DNA of 64,000 nucleotides from Octopus sinensis (lineage: Eukaryota): positions 117,800,001 through 117,864,000 of the forward strand of contig NC_042999.1 of the NCBI RefSeq assembly GCF_006345805.1, written 5' to 3'. Each line of letters opens with the position of its first letter. The stretch's first letter is position 1. The position numbers and the translations under genes are program-made. The notes below the pieces were generated by a model. It saw nothing but the letters and a program-made list of their open reading frames with translations, did not search any database and was not told the origin of the DNA. Below are positions 11,671-25,874 of this stretch, one piece after another.

Positions 11671-13222
11671 TACGAGAGTAGGCTGGAAAGTTTATTAGCT
11701 GAATATGAAAGAATCACGTGAAATATTCTCTACATTAATTTCAATCTTTTTATTAATAACTGCATTGTTTTGTTCCAGGTAAACTGACATCTGACGGTGC
11801 AGGGACGTCTTGAAATGTAATTAGGAGCGACTTCTCTTGAAAATCAATAAAATTGGCGAAGTGCTATTACCAGGTACCTGCAAATAAAATGTTTAGCTTC
11901 CTGAGACATACATGCTGACATGGTTACTATCAGATCATCCCATAAGTAATGTCCAGACTGCTATATTTTAAATTTGTTGACGCTTTAACAGCATTTTAGA
12001 ATGTCTAATTGTATCAAGTAATATTTATTTATATTGGGATATATCTAAAGTAATTAAATTTCATTTTGCAGGATAATCGAATTGAAATTTCTCCAACTAT
12101 AGCTTATGAGTTTTAAAAAGGGAATCCTGCAGTTGAAGCGACTTGAAATATTCACTCACCTTATGGAGAAGAGTGCTTCAATGAAATAACTTGCAGAAGA
12201 TTGTTTGTAAAATTCAGAAGTGGAGATTTCATCCTTGAAGATAAGGTCTGAACAGACCGTTCAATTGAGTTAAATAATAAGCTACTTTTGGCAGAACTCG
12301 AAAAAGATCATGTAGCTTCATTTGAAGAATTTGCAAGCAAGCTTCGTTCAAGCAATACAACTGTTCACCGCTATCTTCAGCAGCCTGGACTCTCCCAAAA
12401 TTCGAACAATGGGTGTCTCATGATTTGTCTGAGGCCAATCACAAATCCTGAATGGACATCTGCTCTGTTCTTTATTTTCGTGATCTCATCTCTCCCTTTT
12501 TGGACAGACTGGTGACGTAATGAAAGATGGGTCTTTTATCAGAAGACTCGTAGACATTGGCTTGGTGAAGTGGAAAAGGCCCAACCACTATCGAAAAGGG
12601 AACTCCGTGCGAAGAAAGTTCTTCCCTCTGATTGGTGGGATTGTAAAGGAGTCACCCATTTTGAGTTGCTGCCAACGAATGCAACAATCAATGATCAAAT
12701 CTGCTGTCAGCAATTATGGCGTTTGAACGCTGCTTTGAAGTGAAAAGGCCTACTTGCCTTAGTGAATCGAAAGAGAGTGGTGTTTCATCGGAATAATGCA
12801 AGACCCCAATACTGCAAAGATCACTTCACCGAATATCTAGGAACATGGCCGGGAGAAACTTGCTCATCCACCTTATTCCATAGACCTTGATCATTCAGAT
12901 TTGTTTTGTAGTTTACAGGAACATTTGGATGGATTAACTCTCGAAACAACTGAGGAAGTAGAAACTGACCTTTCAGAGTTCTTCTCTTCGAAACCGAAAG
13001 AGTTTTTCACTAATGAGATTTAAAAGCTTACTAGTAGATGGAAAGATTTTATAGATAACCATGGAAACTATATTGACGATTAAGTTTCATTAAAATATAA
13101 GACTTTAAAATCCGGACATTACTTATGGAATGACACTCCAGCTTTATCAACAGCGCAAAAGTGGACAGATGAATTCATGGTAGGAAAGGAGAGTCTTGAA
13201 AATGACTCAGTCTGGACGTCCT
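11671..13222 (+). mobile_element. Outer mariner relic (left TIR and N-terminal HTH coding region), interrupted by a second mariner
   Basis: TA+CGAGAGTAGGCTGGAAAGTTT TIR-like start. Remnant translation DIHADMVT [insertion] DTPALSTAQKWTDEF..GKESLEND..GRP is a mariner N-terminus. Confidence 0.7.
11930..13134 (+). mobile_element. Mariner element with degenerate DD34D-type transposase pseudogene
   Basis: TIRs ATCATCCCATAAGTAATGTCCAGA (about 11934) and TCCGGACATTACTTATGGAATGAC (13111-13134). Remnants WVSHDL (WVPHEL motif), ERWVFY, WWDCKGV, FHRNNARP, HPPYSIDL. Many stops and frameshifts. Confidence 0.9.
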
Positions 13223-13224
13223 GG

Positions 13225-13392
13225 CTGAATCGTGGCATTTTGCCTTTAAATTTCTGAGTTCAAATTCGGTCGAGATCAGCTTTACCGTTCATGCTTCCGA
13301 GATCGATAAAATAGGTATCAGTTGAGTACAGAAGCAATGGAAGCGACTTGCCTCTTCCCAAACTTTGGTGCACTGGCGCGAATGCTTGAAAC
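13225..13392 (+). mobile_element. SINE family M, degenerate copy
   Basis: B-box CTGAGTTCAAATTCG followed by the degenerate central domain (GATCGATAAAATAGGTATCAG). Confidence 0.7.
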
Positions 13393-13412
13393 TGTATACA
13401 CACACACACACA

Positions 13413-13455
<43 letters not shown>

Positions 13456-13949
13456 GTATGAATGTTTGTGTGCATGTATACTCATAGAAATAGGACTGTC
13501 TAGCAAGTCTGCTCGGGTATGAGAGGACAGAAATTTCAAGAAAGGCATCGCTTAAAAGTAGCCGAACCAACGTCAATAGAATAATCTCCAGTATTTTATT
13601 TATTTGTGTAGCAATTTTTTTTTGTTATTGCTATTTTGTAAGAATCAAACATTAAGAACGCGATCACAGATATTATCTTCTTTCTATGTATTAAAAATCT
13701 GGAAAAAAAAAAGAAGAAATTAATGTATTTTTAATCCGGTAAATTAGGTATGAGATAATTTTGATCGAACTCAACTTGGAGGTAATCAAATCTTGTTGCA
13801 TAGAATTTATTTGTGGATCATTTCAAAGGCGTTCCAGATATCGCAATTGGTATTACTTCTTCGATATAATTTCTGTTTAATATATTTTGGGATCTTCATT
13901 AAGAAAATAACTTAGTTGGGCATATTCAAGACAGTTTCATGTTTAGAAC

Positions 13950-14205
13950 ATTCTTCTTCTTCTTCTTCTCTTCTTCTTCTTTTTCTTCTTCTTTTTCTTC
14001 TTCTTCTTCTTCTTCTTCTTCTTCTTCTTCTTCTTCTTCTTCTTCTTCTTCTCCCTTTTCTTTTTTTTCTTCTGCTTCTGCTTCTGCTTCTGCTTCAGCT
14101 TCTGCTTCTGCTTCTTCTTCTTCTTCTTCTTCTTCTTCTTCTTCTTCTTCTTCTTCTTCTTCTTCTTCTTCTTCTTCTTCTTCTTCTTCTTCTTCTCTTC
14201 TTCTT
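13950..14205. repeat. Compound (TTC)n/(CTTCTG)n microsatellite
   Basis: Directly visible. It accounts for the poly-L, poly-S and poly-K ORFs. Confidence 0.95.
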
Positions 14206-17099
14206 TCGACAATTTTCTTCCGTTTAATTGTTTATTAGCGATTTTTGTTTCTTCTGTTTTTGTATTTTAAAATTTCTGTCTAATGTTTGTTTTCTGTTCT
14301 AATTGCCTTATCCTCCCCTTTATTATTCTTCTCCCGGGTTAAACTTTTAATCGTCCATCTCTTCTTCCTTTCCGTTTCTCTCTTCTCCCTTACTCTTTCT
14401 CTGTAACAAGAAAAGAAAGCATAAACATTAATTTCACAATAACTTTTTTTCCTCTTCCAACTATCTTTTTCCATGTCATTTTCTATTTTCATATTCACTG
14501 CTGTTTTCTTTCCTCCATAGATACTTATAAATCCGGCAACAATTAACACTACCGGTGTCTGTTCCTTTGAAAAAACGCTAAGTTCTATAGTTAATTTCTT
14601 TATTCGCAATCCTTTATTTCAATCTTCAAACCTACTAGCAAAATTACTTTAAATCGATACAGCAACGACCTTCGACTCTTGACATAGATGATTTCATTAC
14701 TCTTCGGTGCTATTTCTTGTGTCTCTTCATACAAAGAATTAACTCCAAACATTTTGTAAAGATAATTCATCTTTCAAAGAATCTTAATATGACACAAAGA
14801 AGACACGCTTCAATACATATTGCTCTTTTCCCAAAATATATCAAAAGTATAATAGTTAAATAATCCTTCCGCAGTTACTTACATGAAAAGGTACTAAAAT
14901 TCTTTTCGATCTAATACGAAAATAGCAATGACAAAGCATTCATTATATATCCTCGTACATTACTAATAAATGAGCATCAGTCACAATGCTTTACTGTGCT
15001 AAGACTGCAATTGGTGTGACCACGTTGATACACTATAGGTATCTAAGTTGAATAGTCGCACATTCATATCTATTTAATCGATGACAATGCACAAAGGTTT
15101 AGGAATACCACAGATGTTCCTTAACCAAAAGTACTTGAAAGCAGTTGAGGCAATATTTCTATTGTGGTCCACATTGTCTGTTTTTAGCTTCAGTATCTGC
15201 AACAAGTGTACAGGCGTTTTTCTGATACCGTCAACGAAGGAAAACTATGTTTTCGAAAATTCTGCTACAAAAGGCAATCAAATATCTCTCAAGTCACACT
15301 CTAACATCCCTAAAAAGGAGAAGACAACATTAGAAAATACAGCTTTGAGATATTTAACAGGCGGGACAATAGCGGCTGGGTCAATTTTGACATAAGATTA
15401 AACAAAATGATCAACAATTTTAATCAGAAAATATGTTCTTAGATGGCATGTTTTATCGTCCTGACGCATCAGATAAAGTGGGACATAGAGAACTAAACGA
15501 CATAACTACAATGAGTACGAACATAAGCATATGGATTGATCCATTAGATTGTTAAGTAGTATGTGTCACCTCAGCAAAGGAGCTGATATGAAAATAATTA
15601 TGAACATAAATGTTGACCTGACTACATAAGAAAATTTGGGGTTAGAGTACTAGGATCTATTTTGACAACAAATTAATAAAAAGGAATAATTATTTCTTAG
15701 AAATATCTTTTTCAATTTAAATATCTCGGGAGTATCATAAAACCCTGCTATTTGAGGAACCCTTCAACTAGGCAAAAAAGCAAGAGACCAAACTAGAATG
15801 CCATGTATTATGTTCTAAATTATATACTACCTCCACTAAACTACATCTATGAATAGAAACGGTTCAGTAATGAACGATGATTTTTCATAGTAATTATTTA
15901 TATAAAGCAGCTTCTATATATTCAATTGCTTTGCGTTACACAGATGATTACTCAAATCAAAATCTACTGTTAAAAACCCGAAGAACGCATTAGATAATAT
16001 TATCATAGATACACTATCTCTGTAGGTAAGACAAGATATTCTCAGCTGGAACGCCTTTACCTATAGGCATGCTCCATCAAAACCGACTAGACAATAATAG
16101 GTCGTGCATCACAACCGACTAGACAATGATAGATCATGAGGAAATACAAGGGAACAAGTGACTTAGCCACTATCACAGTGCAACCGGAGTAGGTGCGATA
16201 CGAGTGAACTTTAAAACGCGTAAACTTTAAAACAATGAAAAGAAAGTATTTCTATTATTACATATCAGTAAATTAAGTGGAATCAATTGAGGTGCATTGT
16301 TAGAATTTTAAACGTATATTAGCATTAACGTCGATATTAATGTCTCAATGATGTTAATTAGAAGTGGAAATGAAGGAAAAACAATTGTTTCATACATTTT
16401 CTTATAGAATTCCTTGGACAAACGAAATGATAAAAACTAAATACTATTTAAATTGAAACTTGATTAATGGGATGTTTTCTGTGTAAAAAGTCAACGATAC
16501 TGTATTAATGAAGCAAGCACAGGAACTACGGTGCAAAAAGAAGCAAACAGTCTTTCTGTTTACGTGTTATTAATTTTGCATTGGTAATTTCTTGTCTATC
16601 TTTTACAGTTATATATACGCACATCAAGTAGTCTTCCATACATTAGTTCTCTCACGCACGTTCAAATACTCATATATACTCACATATACATGCTCCTGTA
16701 TGCATCTTTATACAGAGATGTCCATATGTATTTATGTGAGTAGATCTATATTTATTTATGTACATATGTCAACACACGTGCGCACACACACATGGATATA
16801 TGTGTGTATGTGTATGCGTGTGTGTGTATTATAAGCCCTCACTGTTGACCAAATAAATATGTAAACACATTATTTCTAAACTGTTACTGTATGGAAAAGA
16901 AGAGGCAAAGAGTATCCTAACGGATCATTCAAGATTTGTTGAGCGCTCATCATGCAAGACATACCACGGTCTTTTTTCAAATTAGAGCATATATTAGGTC
17001 CTTCTAATGCCATCCCTTCTTATTTACATAATACAGTGTATAAAATAGTATATATATATATATATATTATATATATATATATATATAATATATATTATA

Positions 17100-17133
<34 letters not shown>

Positions 17134-17541
17134 TGTGGTGTGTGTGTGTGGTGTGTGTGTGTTGTATGTATGTATGTATGTATATAAGAACAGATAATGT
17201 ATCATAGTGAATAACAGTAAAGAAGTTGATAGAATGGGAAGATACAGATACTGTTTGTGTGAATGAATATCAATTCTGATTATACGCCTATATGCATAAA
17301 ACATCAAAGCTGCGCATATACTTTTCCTTTCTCTCTATTCCCTTAAATTCATTGAATCGATATGTCATATATAACTACTGTAAAATTATGTACAACGCAT
17401 AGTTAATATCGAAATTAAGAAACAACTTTGGAGAAAGAGAAAAGAAAAACTACAGACAAAGGAAACATCATATATTTTGGCGTTGGTCTTGTCTGTAAAG
17501 TGACCTTATCTGGCACTATGTATTGAAGGTGAAACAATTAC

Positions 17542-17621
<80 letters not shown>

Positions 17622-17936
17622 ATGTATGTATGTATGTATGTATGTATACACACACATATATATACACATACACACATACATACATGCATGCGTAAATACA
17701 TACAAGTGCAGGCGTGGCTGCGTGGTAAGAAGTTTTATTCCCAGCAACGTGGTTTTTGGTTCACTCCATCTGCGTGGCATGTCTTTTTCAGTGTGAGCAA
17801 ATCTACTTCAAAATTTGAACCTACAATATTAGTGTGATGTTGCCATTTTGGGCCTTGGACTATTAAGTTACTGATACGTTCTTTATTACACACACACACA
17901 TTCATATATATATGTACATATACATATACCTATAAA

Positions 17937-17989
<53 letters not shown>

Positions 17990-18159
17990 ATGTATGTATA
18001 CACACATCTATCTATCTAGTTCTCTCCTCTCTCTCTGTATATATATATATATATATATACGGTTAAGTAATTGAGATTCAAGTGAATTCTAAAGAATTCA
18101 CATGAATATGGTCCTTAACTAGGATGCACCGGAAATCTATATGGTGTTAACCATATATA

Positions 18160-18205
<46 letters not shown>

Positions 18206-18359
18206 ATTATATATATAATATATATATACAACACACAAGGCGTAGTAGGTATTTGAGAACATATTTCGTAATTAAATAAAACTACTCTAATTTGCCACAA
18301 TTAGAGTAGTTTTATTAAATTAATAAATATTATGCACATGTCATTGACAAGCTTTTCAT

Positions 18360-19130
18360 TGAATTATTTTCATAATCTAATTGCTTCATTGTGGACAAGA
18401 AAATTTAATATGCCTGTTTTAAATGGTTCTTTTTCATTTCAGTCATCACCTGTATAATGATGGCTTTCTGTGAAGCTGTGTTATCGCGAGGATGTTAATT
18501 AAACCCACTTTCAACAACGTTCCAAACGCACTAGTCCGTGGAATTTAAATCTTACGGATTTGCAGTCCACAAGTTTCGTGTAACATGATCGTAAAGCTTA
18601 ACTGATAGTTTGGGGTTCCTTGGGCTTTGGGAGAATTTCTGTGTCTTGCTGAAACTCGTATGACTTTCCACTTCGTACTTCACCAATCCTGAGCTTAACA
18701 ACTGTCTCCAGCACCTCAACATTTTCATCAGTATTAATTGCAAGACTCCGTTGGAAGATGGGATGTGACATAACATAATTACTTGTTACTCCCCACTTCT
18801 AAGACAATCAGAAACTTAGTGTGCTAACTTAGAAAGATCTGCATACAACCATCTGTTGTTTTCACGGGTAGACCTTTGGTTTGGTCGAAGTCTTTTTCAT
18901 CAATGAAAAACAAATGCATGCTGAGCTCGTGAGAGATTTTAACCTTGTTAAATAATCGATGGGCACAAATCAAACGAATTTCCTGCGTCTTTTCAGTTAA
19001 GGGTTGGCCTTTCATCAGTACACACTTCATATCCTCGTGCACCACTGTTCAGATAATTCATACTGATTCCTGCAATATTTTTCAATGGTCATCTTCGGTT
19101 TTTCGAGTTCATTATCTATAATATCTTGAA
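18360..19130 (-). pseudogene. Tc1/mariner-superfamily (maT/DD37D-like) transposase relic
   Basis: VHEDMKCVLMKGQPLTEKTQEIRLICAHRLFNKVK...LFFIDEKDFDQ and DHVTRNLWTANP*DLNSTD*CVW match the FSDEK.FDQ and WPP.SPDLNP.D motifs. It is frameshifted and no TIR was found. Confidence 0.75.
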
Positions 19131-19156
19131 CGTTTTAGATAAACTGTGTGGCTTTA

Positions 19157-19892
19157 TAGACGATAGCACGACAAATGGTAAATAGAACAAAAACAAGATA
19201 CACGGATCATTCGTAGCCGGTTTCCCTCATCACTCGGAGTCTGGAAAGTCGTTGTAGTTTCGCCCCCTTATCTCCGAGGCTACTCGAATCCGGCGGGTGT
19301 GAGTGACTTAGGCTAAAAGCTTTAAGCCTCTGGGAAAGATGAACGAATGTATACAAGAAGAAAAACAGGAAGAGAAACAAAAACGAGAAATCTAGAATTG
19401 TACACGTACATGTGAATGCCGTTCGGCTATACAATAGTAGGACATTTTTTTAATACTTATACGAATACAAATAAATAAATAAATAACAGAAAGGGACTTT
19501 CGACTTTCGGACGAATGTAACGTTATGAAATAATAATGCAAGTGCAACAGAAAAAGAATTATGCACATACAATGGACAAACGCCTTTCGGCTATACAGCA
19601 AACGGAAAATAATTGTACAATTACAACATAAATAAATAACAAAAAGGGTCTATCGACTAGCAGACGAATATAGTAAGCTAGCGCAAAGGAAAAATGAAAA
19701 AATCTTAACAAACCAGGAGGGAAGACAGACGAATGTAACCAACCTGAAAGGCAGCAGGTCGAAAAAGGAAGACAATGCCTTAGCCGGACAACGATCACAT
19801 GGTTGGAGAGGGAAGGAGTTGAAGAGGGCAGAGAGACTAAGGAATAGGAGAGAAGGGAAAGAAATCAGAGTGAGAGGGAAAGGGAAAGAGAA

Positions 19893-19967
<75 letters not shown>

Positions 19968-20474
19968 ACATGGGAGATAAGTGAGGAAGGAAAGCAAAGG
20001 GATTGAAGAATAATTGGGAGGGAGGAAATGGGATTAAGGAATACAGGAGTGGGAAAATGAAATCATGGACTGAGGAACGAGGGGGAAGAGAACAAAGAGT
20101 GAGAAAGAAAGAGAAAGAAAGATAGAGTGAAAGAGAGAGAGAGAACGAAAGAAGAAATAAGGTAGAAAAGCCATGAAGCGAGAGTGAAAGTCTTACACAA
20201 TATTCAAGGGATATCTTTTTAACAATGTGAACAACAGGTTGTACGGAGCGCTGCTTGGATAAATCAAAGGTAAGACAGAAAGAACGCAACAAACGGAAAA
20301 CAACAAAGCACAACGTACGGAAAAATAGACGATAGCACGACAAACGGCAAACAGGACAAAAACAAGATATACGGATCGTTCACAGCCATTTCCTCATCAG
20401 CCGGAGTTCGGAAAGTCTTTGTAGTTTTGCCCCCTTATCTCCGAGACCACTCGAATCCGGCGGGCGCCAGTGAC
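19157..20474 (-). mobile_element. Noncoding 1.3-kb element bounded by about 150-bp direct repeats (pLTR-like)
   Basis: 19157-19307 and 20326-20474 are about 80% identical by eye. The interior is purine-rich on + with (GA)n and has no protein-like ORF. Strand is inferred from the (C/G)TGATGAG..GAAA motif. Confidence 0.55.
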
Positions 20475-20717
20475 ATGTATGTATGCATGTACTCCGATAT
20501 GCATTCACACGCTGTACGTACATACACGCATAACTCATGTTAAGTCTTATTAATACTTATTAGTATTTCTTTTTTCATATGTGACCGGTTTTCAACATTT
20601 GGAGATGCAGTAAGCTATATATTTATTGTTTCATCGTAGATTTGAACATCTGTTTATAGAGTGGATTGTTATTCGATTTGGACTAATTTCATGTATTTAA
20701 AAGCTAGAGAAAAAAGT

Positions 20718-20778
<61 letters not shown>

Positions 20779-21240
20779 AACAACTTATATACACGCGCAC
20801 ACACAGAACACACACACCTAGACACATATCCACACACATACACACTCACACACACACACACGCACACACACACACACGCACACGCACACACACATACACA
20901 CACCAATACATCTGAGACATGGTAACCTCTACCACAATTTTTGCTCTCTCGTATGTCTAAGATGCAGAATGCATTCTGGAACGTGTAGACATTCACTTGT
21001 TTATCTAGTATTACTAATACTTGGAAGTATACTGGCTATTTAAGATGTCAGATTTAGCATTATATTTCGAAGATAATTTCCAATGGTACTCACTTCCCTA
21101 TCAGTTATCTCCCCTTAACTGTAAAAAAAATGTTTATAGCCGTATTGGTCGCTAGTACAAATATATATCCTTTACTTTTATTTTTATTTTATGTACGTCT
21201 ACCCCTGTAACGGTCTTAACTTGCCATTGGTCTAAATATA

Positions 21241-21470
21241 TATTTCTTTACTACCCACAAGGGGCTAAACACAGAGGGGACAAACAAGGACAGACAAAGG
21301 GATTAAGCCGATTACATCGACCCCAGTGCGTAACTGGTACTTAATTTATCGACCCCAAAAGGATGAAAGCAAAGTCGACCTCGGCGGAATTTGAACCCGG
21401 AACGTAACGACAGACGAAATACGGCTACGCATTTCGCGCGGCGTGCTAACGTTTCTGCCAGTTGGCCGCC
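21241..21470 (-). mobile_element. Full-length SINE family M monomer with 14-bp target-site duplication
   Basis: Head, central domain and tail are complete. TTGGTCTAAATATA flanks it at 21227-21240 and 21471-21484. Confidence 0.92.
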
Positions 21471-22110
21471 TTGGTCTAAATATAACTGACCAATTGTAGA
21501 GATGGCTGGATTTTGGTCAGTTCCATTACGGATAATAGGTGTTTAGTTTCTAGAATATTTCAGTAAGTACACCATTATAAAATCACTACAGGTTTGGTTT
21601 TGGATAAATATTAATTAGCTCTATTTACGGAATCAGAAGTACTATTTTTTTCAAGACATATTGGCGATTCCTGTTTTACTTTAGCACTTGTTTTATTCTA
21701 CTACTGTTTATACACCCTGGTACCCCTACATAAAGAGATAACTCATAAATTATTTCTCTAGCTGATTTGCTAGTTCACTCTTTTGCCTATCGACTTCAAG
21801 CTTTACACTGCAAAATATTATGATTCTAATATATTGAGCATTCTGGCTTCATCCCGAGACCCTGTTCTTTCCTCTTCCCTTCGTTCATTTTATCTAATGC
21901 ATTTGTTTTCATTCTGTTGAAGCTCCATGTACTAGATCGAATGTGCTATAAAGATGGCGAATATTATTTTCGGAATTTTCTTTGTAAGCACCGATTGACA
22001 TTGGCAGCCGAAACGGCCGTAAGAAATGTTATGTTATGTATTAAAAACATAATCAACCGACGTTGGTGAATTTGTGTGCTGATCAAAAGTTTTCTGCTTA
22101 TTTAAGTTTT

Positions 22111-22153
<43 letters not shown>

Positions 22154-23069
22154 CATATATTTATATATATGCACATATATATACATATATATATACACTT
22201 ATATATATACATGTGTGCATACATACATACTTATATATATATGTTTGTTTTGGTTTTTTTTTGTAAATTCCAACTATATATATATATGTAGAGAGAGAGT
22301 GAGAGAGAGAGGGGGGCGGAAATAAATAGATAGATAGATAGATAAATAGATTTACATGAAGAATTATGACTCCAAGCAGTTATTGATTTGAGGAAAAAGA
22401 AAGGAAATGAGATGTCATCGCCTTGCATGCTCGTGTGTCTAAGTATCTTTTATGTAATTATTAATACAAACCTCCTTGAATTTTGTTGTTTCTGAAAAAC
22501 TTTTGTTTAGTTAATAGGTTTCATTGTTACATGTGTTAATATATATGGATGCGTGTCTATGTGTGTGTATGTTTAAAAGTGTATGTCTATGAATTAGTAT
22601 ATGTATGTATGCATGCATCTGCACTGGTGCATGTAAATTGAATGCCTAGATACACACGTATTGCTTTAAAAAACAGTAATAAAATGTACTACTGAGAAGT
22701 ATTATTTTAAAACTTTAATTAAAGACTAAAGCAACTTTCATGACTTCGATGGCCTGAAGTTCAGGCGTTTATTATAATATTACAACGAGGATGAGAAATG
22801 AAATCAAAGTGTTATCTTCAAGCAGTGGTTTTTGCACATGTATTTCACAAAGGATCTTAACACAAAACGACATAAACGTTTTCTTCAAATTTTCATTTCA
22901 GATTTGAAAATAAACACAAAGAGTGAATATTTCTAAAGAAAGGCAGGCTCGGTTTACAAGCTGATGATTGGAGACGATATATATATTTATGTAAGGAATA
23001 TATATGCTTGTATTGCCATGTTAACGTTTTCAAATACGCCAGCCAAGATAAGTTAAAAATTGTCTAAAG

Positions 23070-23375
23070 TCGTAAGACGCCCGTTGTTTTTGTCCTGCTT
23101 ACCATTCTTGTTTTTTATTTCTATTTTTTGTTTCTTGTATTTATATTCGTGTGGCATCCTGTCTTTGTTTCGTATACATTCGATCCTCTTTCCAAGAAAT
23201 CTAATGCCTGTGGCTTAGTTTTTCCTTGGGGCTAGCCGGTTCGGAGTGATATCGAGATTAAACAGCCGAAATTGCTAAGATGATCCGGTTCCGACTGAAG
23301 ATTAGAGGCTTCGAGTGACCCGTCTGTTCTTTTTGTGTCGTCTCATTGTGTGTTTTTGCGTTCTTGTCCCACTTT
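23070..23375 (+). mobile_element. Second copy of the noncoding repeat at 8975-9257
   Basis: Shared blocks AATCTAATGC..TTTTCCTTGGGGCT..CAGCCGAAATTGC..GACTGA..CTTCGA..TTTTGCGTTCTTGTCCCA. Confidence 0.65.
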
Positions 23376-23418
23376 GTAATTTATATTTTATATTTAATTT
23401 ATATATATATATATAATA

Positions 23419-23476
<58 letters not shown>

Positions 23477-25874
23477 ATATATATATATATGTATATATGT
23501 ATATATATGTATATATGTATATATATGTATATATATATGCATATATATGTATATATATGTATGTATATATGTATATATATGAATTTAATATAAACAGCCA
23601 GGCGCAATGTGATGCGATAAAGGAAACATTCAATCGTCCCTAATTCTGACGTGGTTGCTGACGCACCTTTATTGCTAGAAATAAGAGTTAAAACGTTACT
23701 AAACCTGCAAGAAGAGCGCAGTCAGTGAATGTTTTATTAAGGATCCGTAGATGCATGCGCATACCTAATTATGATCTTTTTTATAATGACTGAGAGATGC
23801 TCATGCATGTAAGTCTTCCCTTTTCACCCCAACTAGATTTATCGAATGCAAAAGTCACCCACTTGAATCAAGACAATTTTTGCTAACGAAATACAAAGTC
23901 TAAGAACTGATAACACAAACATCTTCGACATTCTAACGGTTCCAGTGACACACGCGCGCATAAACATATGTATGCATGCATGTATATATGTATGTGTATG
24001 TATGCATATATGTATGTGTGTGTGCATGTATGCATGTAGGTAGATGGATAGGTAGGTAGGTATGCATGTATGAGATTGATACTGATTTATGGGCAATATA
24101 TGACCTCGTAGTGTATAGTACATTATCGATCCCTTTTGAACAGTATTCTTTCTCTCGTATGAAAACTACTTCAGTTACTCATTTTGGCATCGGACAGTAT
24201 GGTGTGCAGAAATGATATCCAGACTGTCTATTGTTTGAACAATCATGATTATCTGTTATATGGTGGAAATACGGAAGTACGTTTCCTTTTGATATGACAT
24301 TTCCATTGATTCTTGAGTTTTACATCCATGCTCTGAGCTCTTTCTCTTATATCAGTTTCGAAGACATCACCGCACAAATCTTCTTGACACGTGATATGGA
24401 ACACTGAATTTATTTATTTGTAGTTCATACCTGTATTCTGTGGCACATACGTTGCAATTAATTTTCTTGATGAATCTATTTGTTCTTTTCACAGTTTTAA
24501 TATTAAACATTAGTTTCCGAGATGATATTCTTATATCAATTAGCTATGTCAACATCACACATGGCATTTACCAAAATACTATGAATAATTTGTCATAGCA
24601 TCATATAGTAGACTTAGCTATTTCATATATACTTTAACTGCTCTTTTCCAGACTTTGTTACGCTAATGAAGCTTATTCCAAGCGTACTTATTGATCTTAA
24701 TGTCTGTGATATTGACACTAAGCAATATATAAATAATTTATCCTTAAGCGTTAAAACTTTCAAAACGGGAAATTGTGACTATGTGATGGATAAGTTAGTG
24801 TTTATATATTTAACATATGGAAGATTAAAAAGCGTGCTAGATGAGGAAAAACAAAATCAATCATTAATATTATCTTAATTATCCCGTCCAATAAAGGAAA
24901 ATATCAAGATAATTCTTATTTTTTCTTCATCATCAATGCATTGAATTGCCATTGTAGTAACGATAGAATTACTACGTAAAGGCATACGAGTACATACAGT
25001 TTGAGGTAAGGAAGCGCCATTTATCTTATCGAGAATTGATAACCGAGATAACCGAATTTACGGTGTTTCTAGATTTCAAATTAAGGATTCTTATATACAG
25101 CTGAAAACATTGTAAGGAAAATTGAAAAGTCACCTGAATTACACGTAGAAGTGTCATTCGTATACTTCTCGTATTTGTCATTTTATCTTTATTTTGTAAA
25201 TATCGTGTATCAGCTGTTCTTACTTTGCACTCGGTGATATATATTGATATGATTTCCTTTCTTTATATTTAATATTATGATAATCGGTTCGTTTAATCTC
25301 GTTCATATATTTTTCTCATGCAATATCTCAATTTTCTCATATTTTTTATACTTTCCATTCACTCTAGTACATTTTTCAATATATATTTTCGCTTGAATTA
25401 AAATTCAGCTATTACAAAGATCTTAATGCGGTTGCAGTTATTTGACAAATATGATTTGACATGGAAGCAAGCTAAAATATCTTTAATAATCCATCGAGTA
25501 ATTCTAGGTAACTGCTGCTCATCAAATATAATCCAGTATTTACTAAACCTCATACTTTCTCGAAACACAGAATCACTATATGTTTCAATAACAATTTTTA
25601 CTTTTTACTCAGTTGAATAAATCAGAGAGTAAAGTCTTGTGGCTGCTTTGCTGTGCTTGTCTAATCTAATATGGAAAATTTGAAAATGCTCGTCCTTTTC
25701 TATAAACCCATATAAAACATATAAAACTTTGCCGAGCAACCTCTTCTCAAAAGCATTTCTCTTGAGAAGTGATTTGCGACTATTTCTTTATCTTTTTGTT
25801 TTTTAGGCATAGTACATCCAGAATCACATCGAGCAATGTAATCATTAAAAACAGTTAATATTAATTCGCTAATT

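Noticed and set aside
15081-15395. 104-aa ORF in non-repetitive sequence
   Set aside because: No recognisable motif, and the length is within chance expectation.
21975-22025. GAAAC-GGCC-GTA palindromic stem III with an upstream hairpin
   Set aside because: The CUGAnGA box is unrecognisable (TTGTAAG), so it is too degenerate to call.
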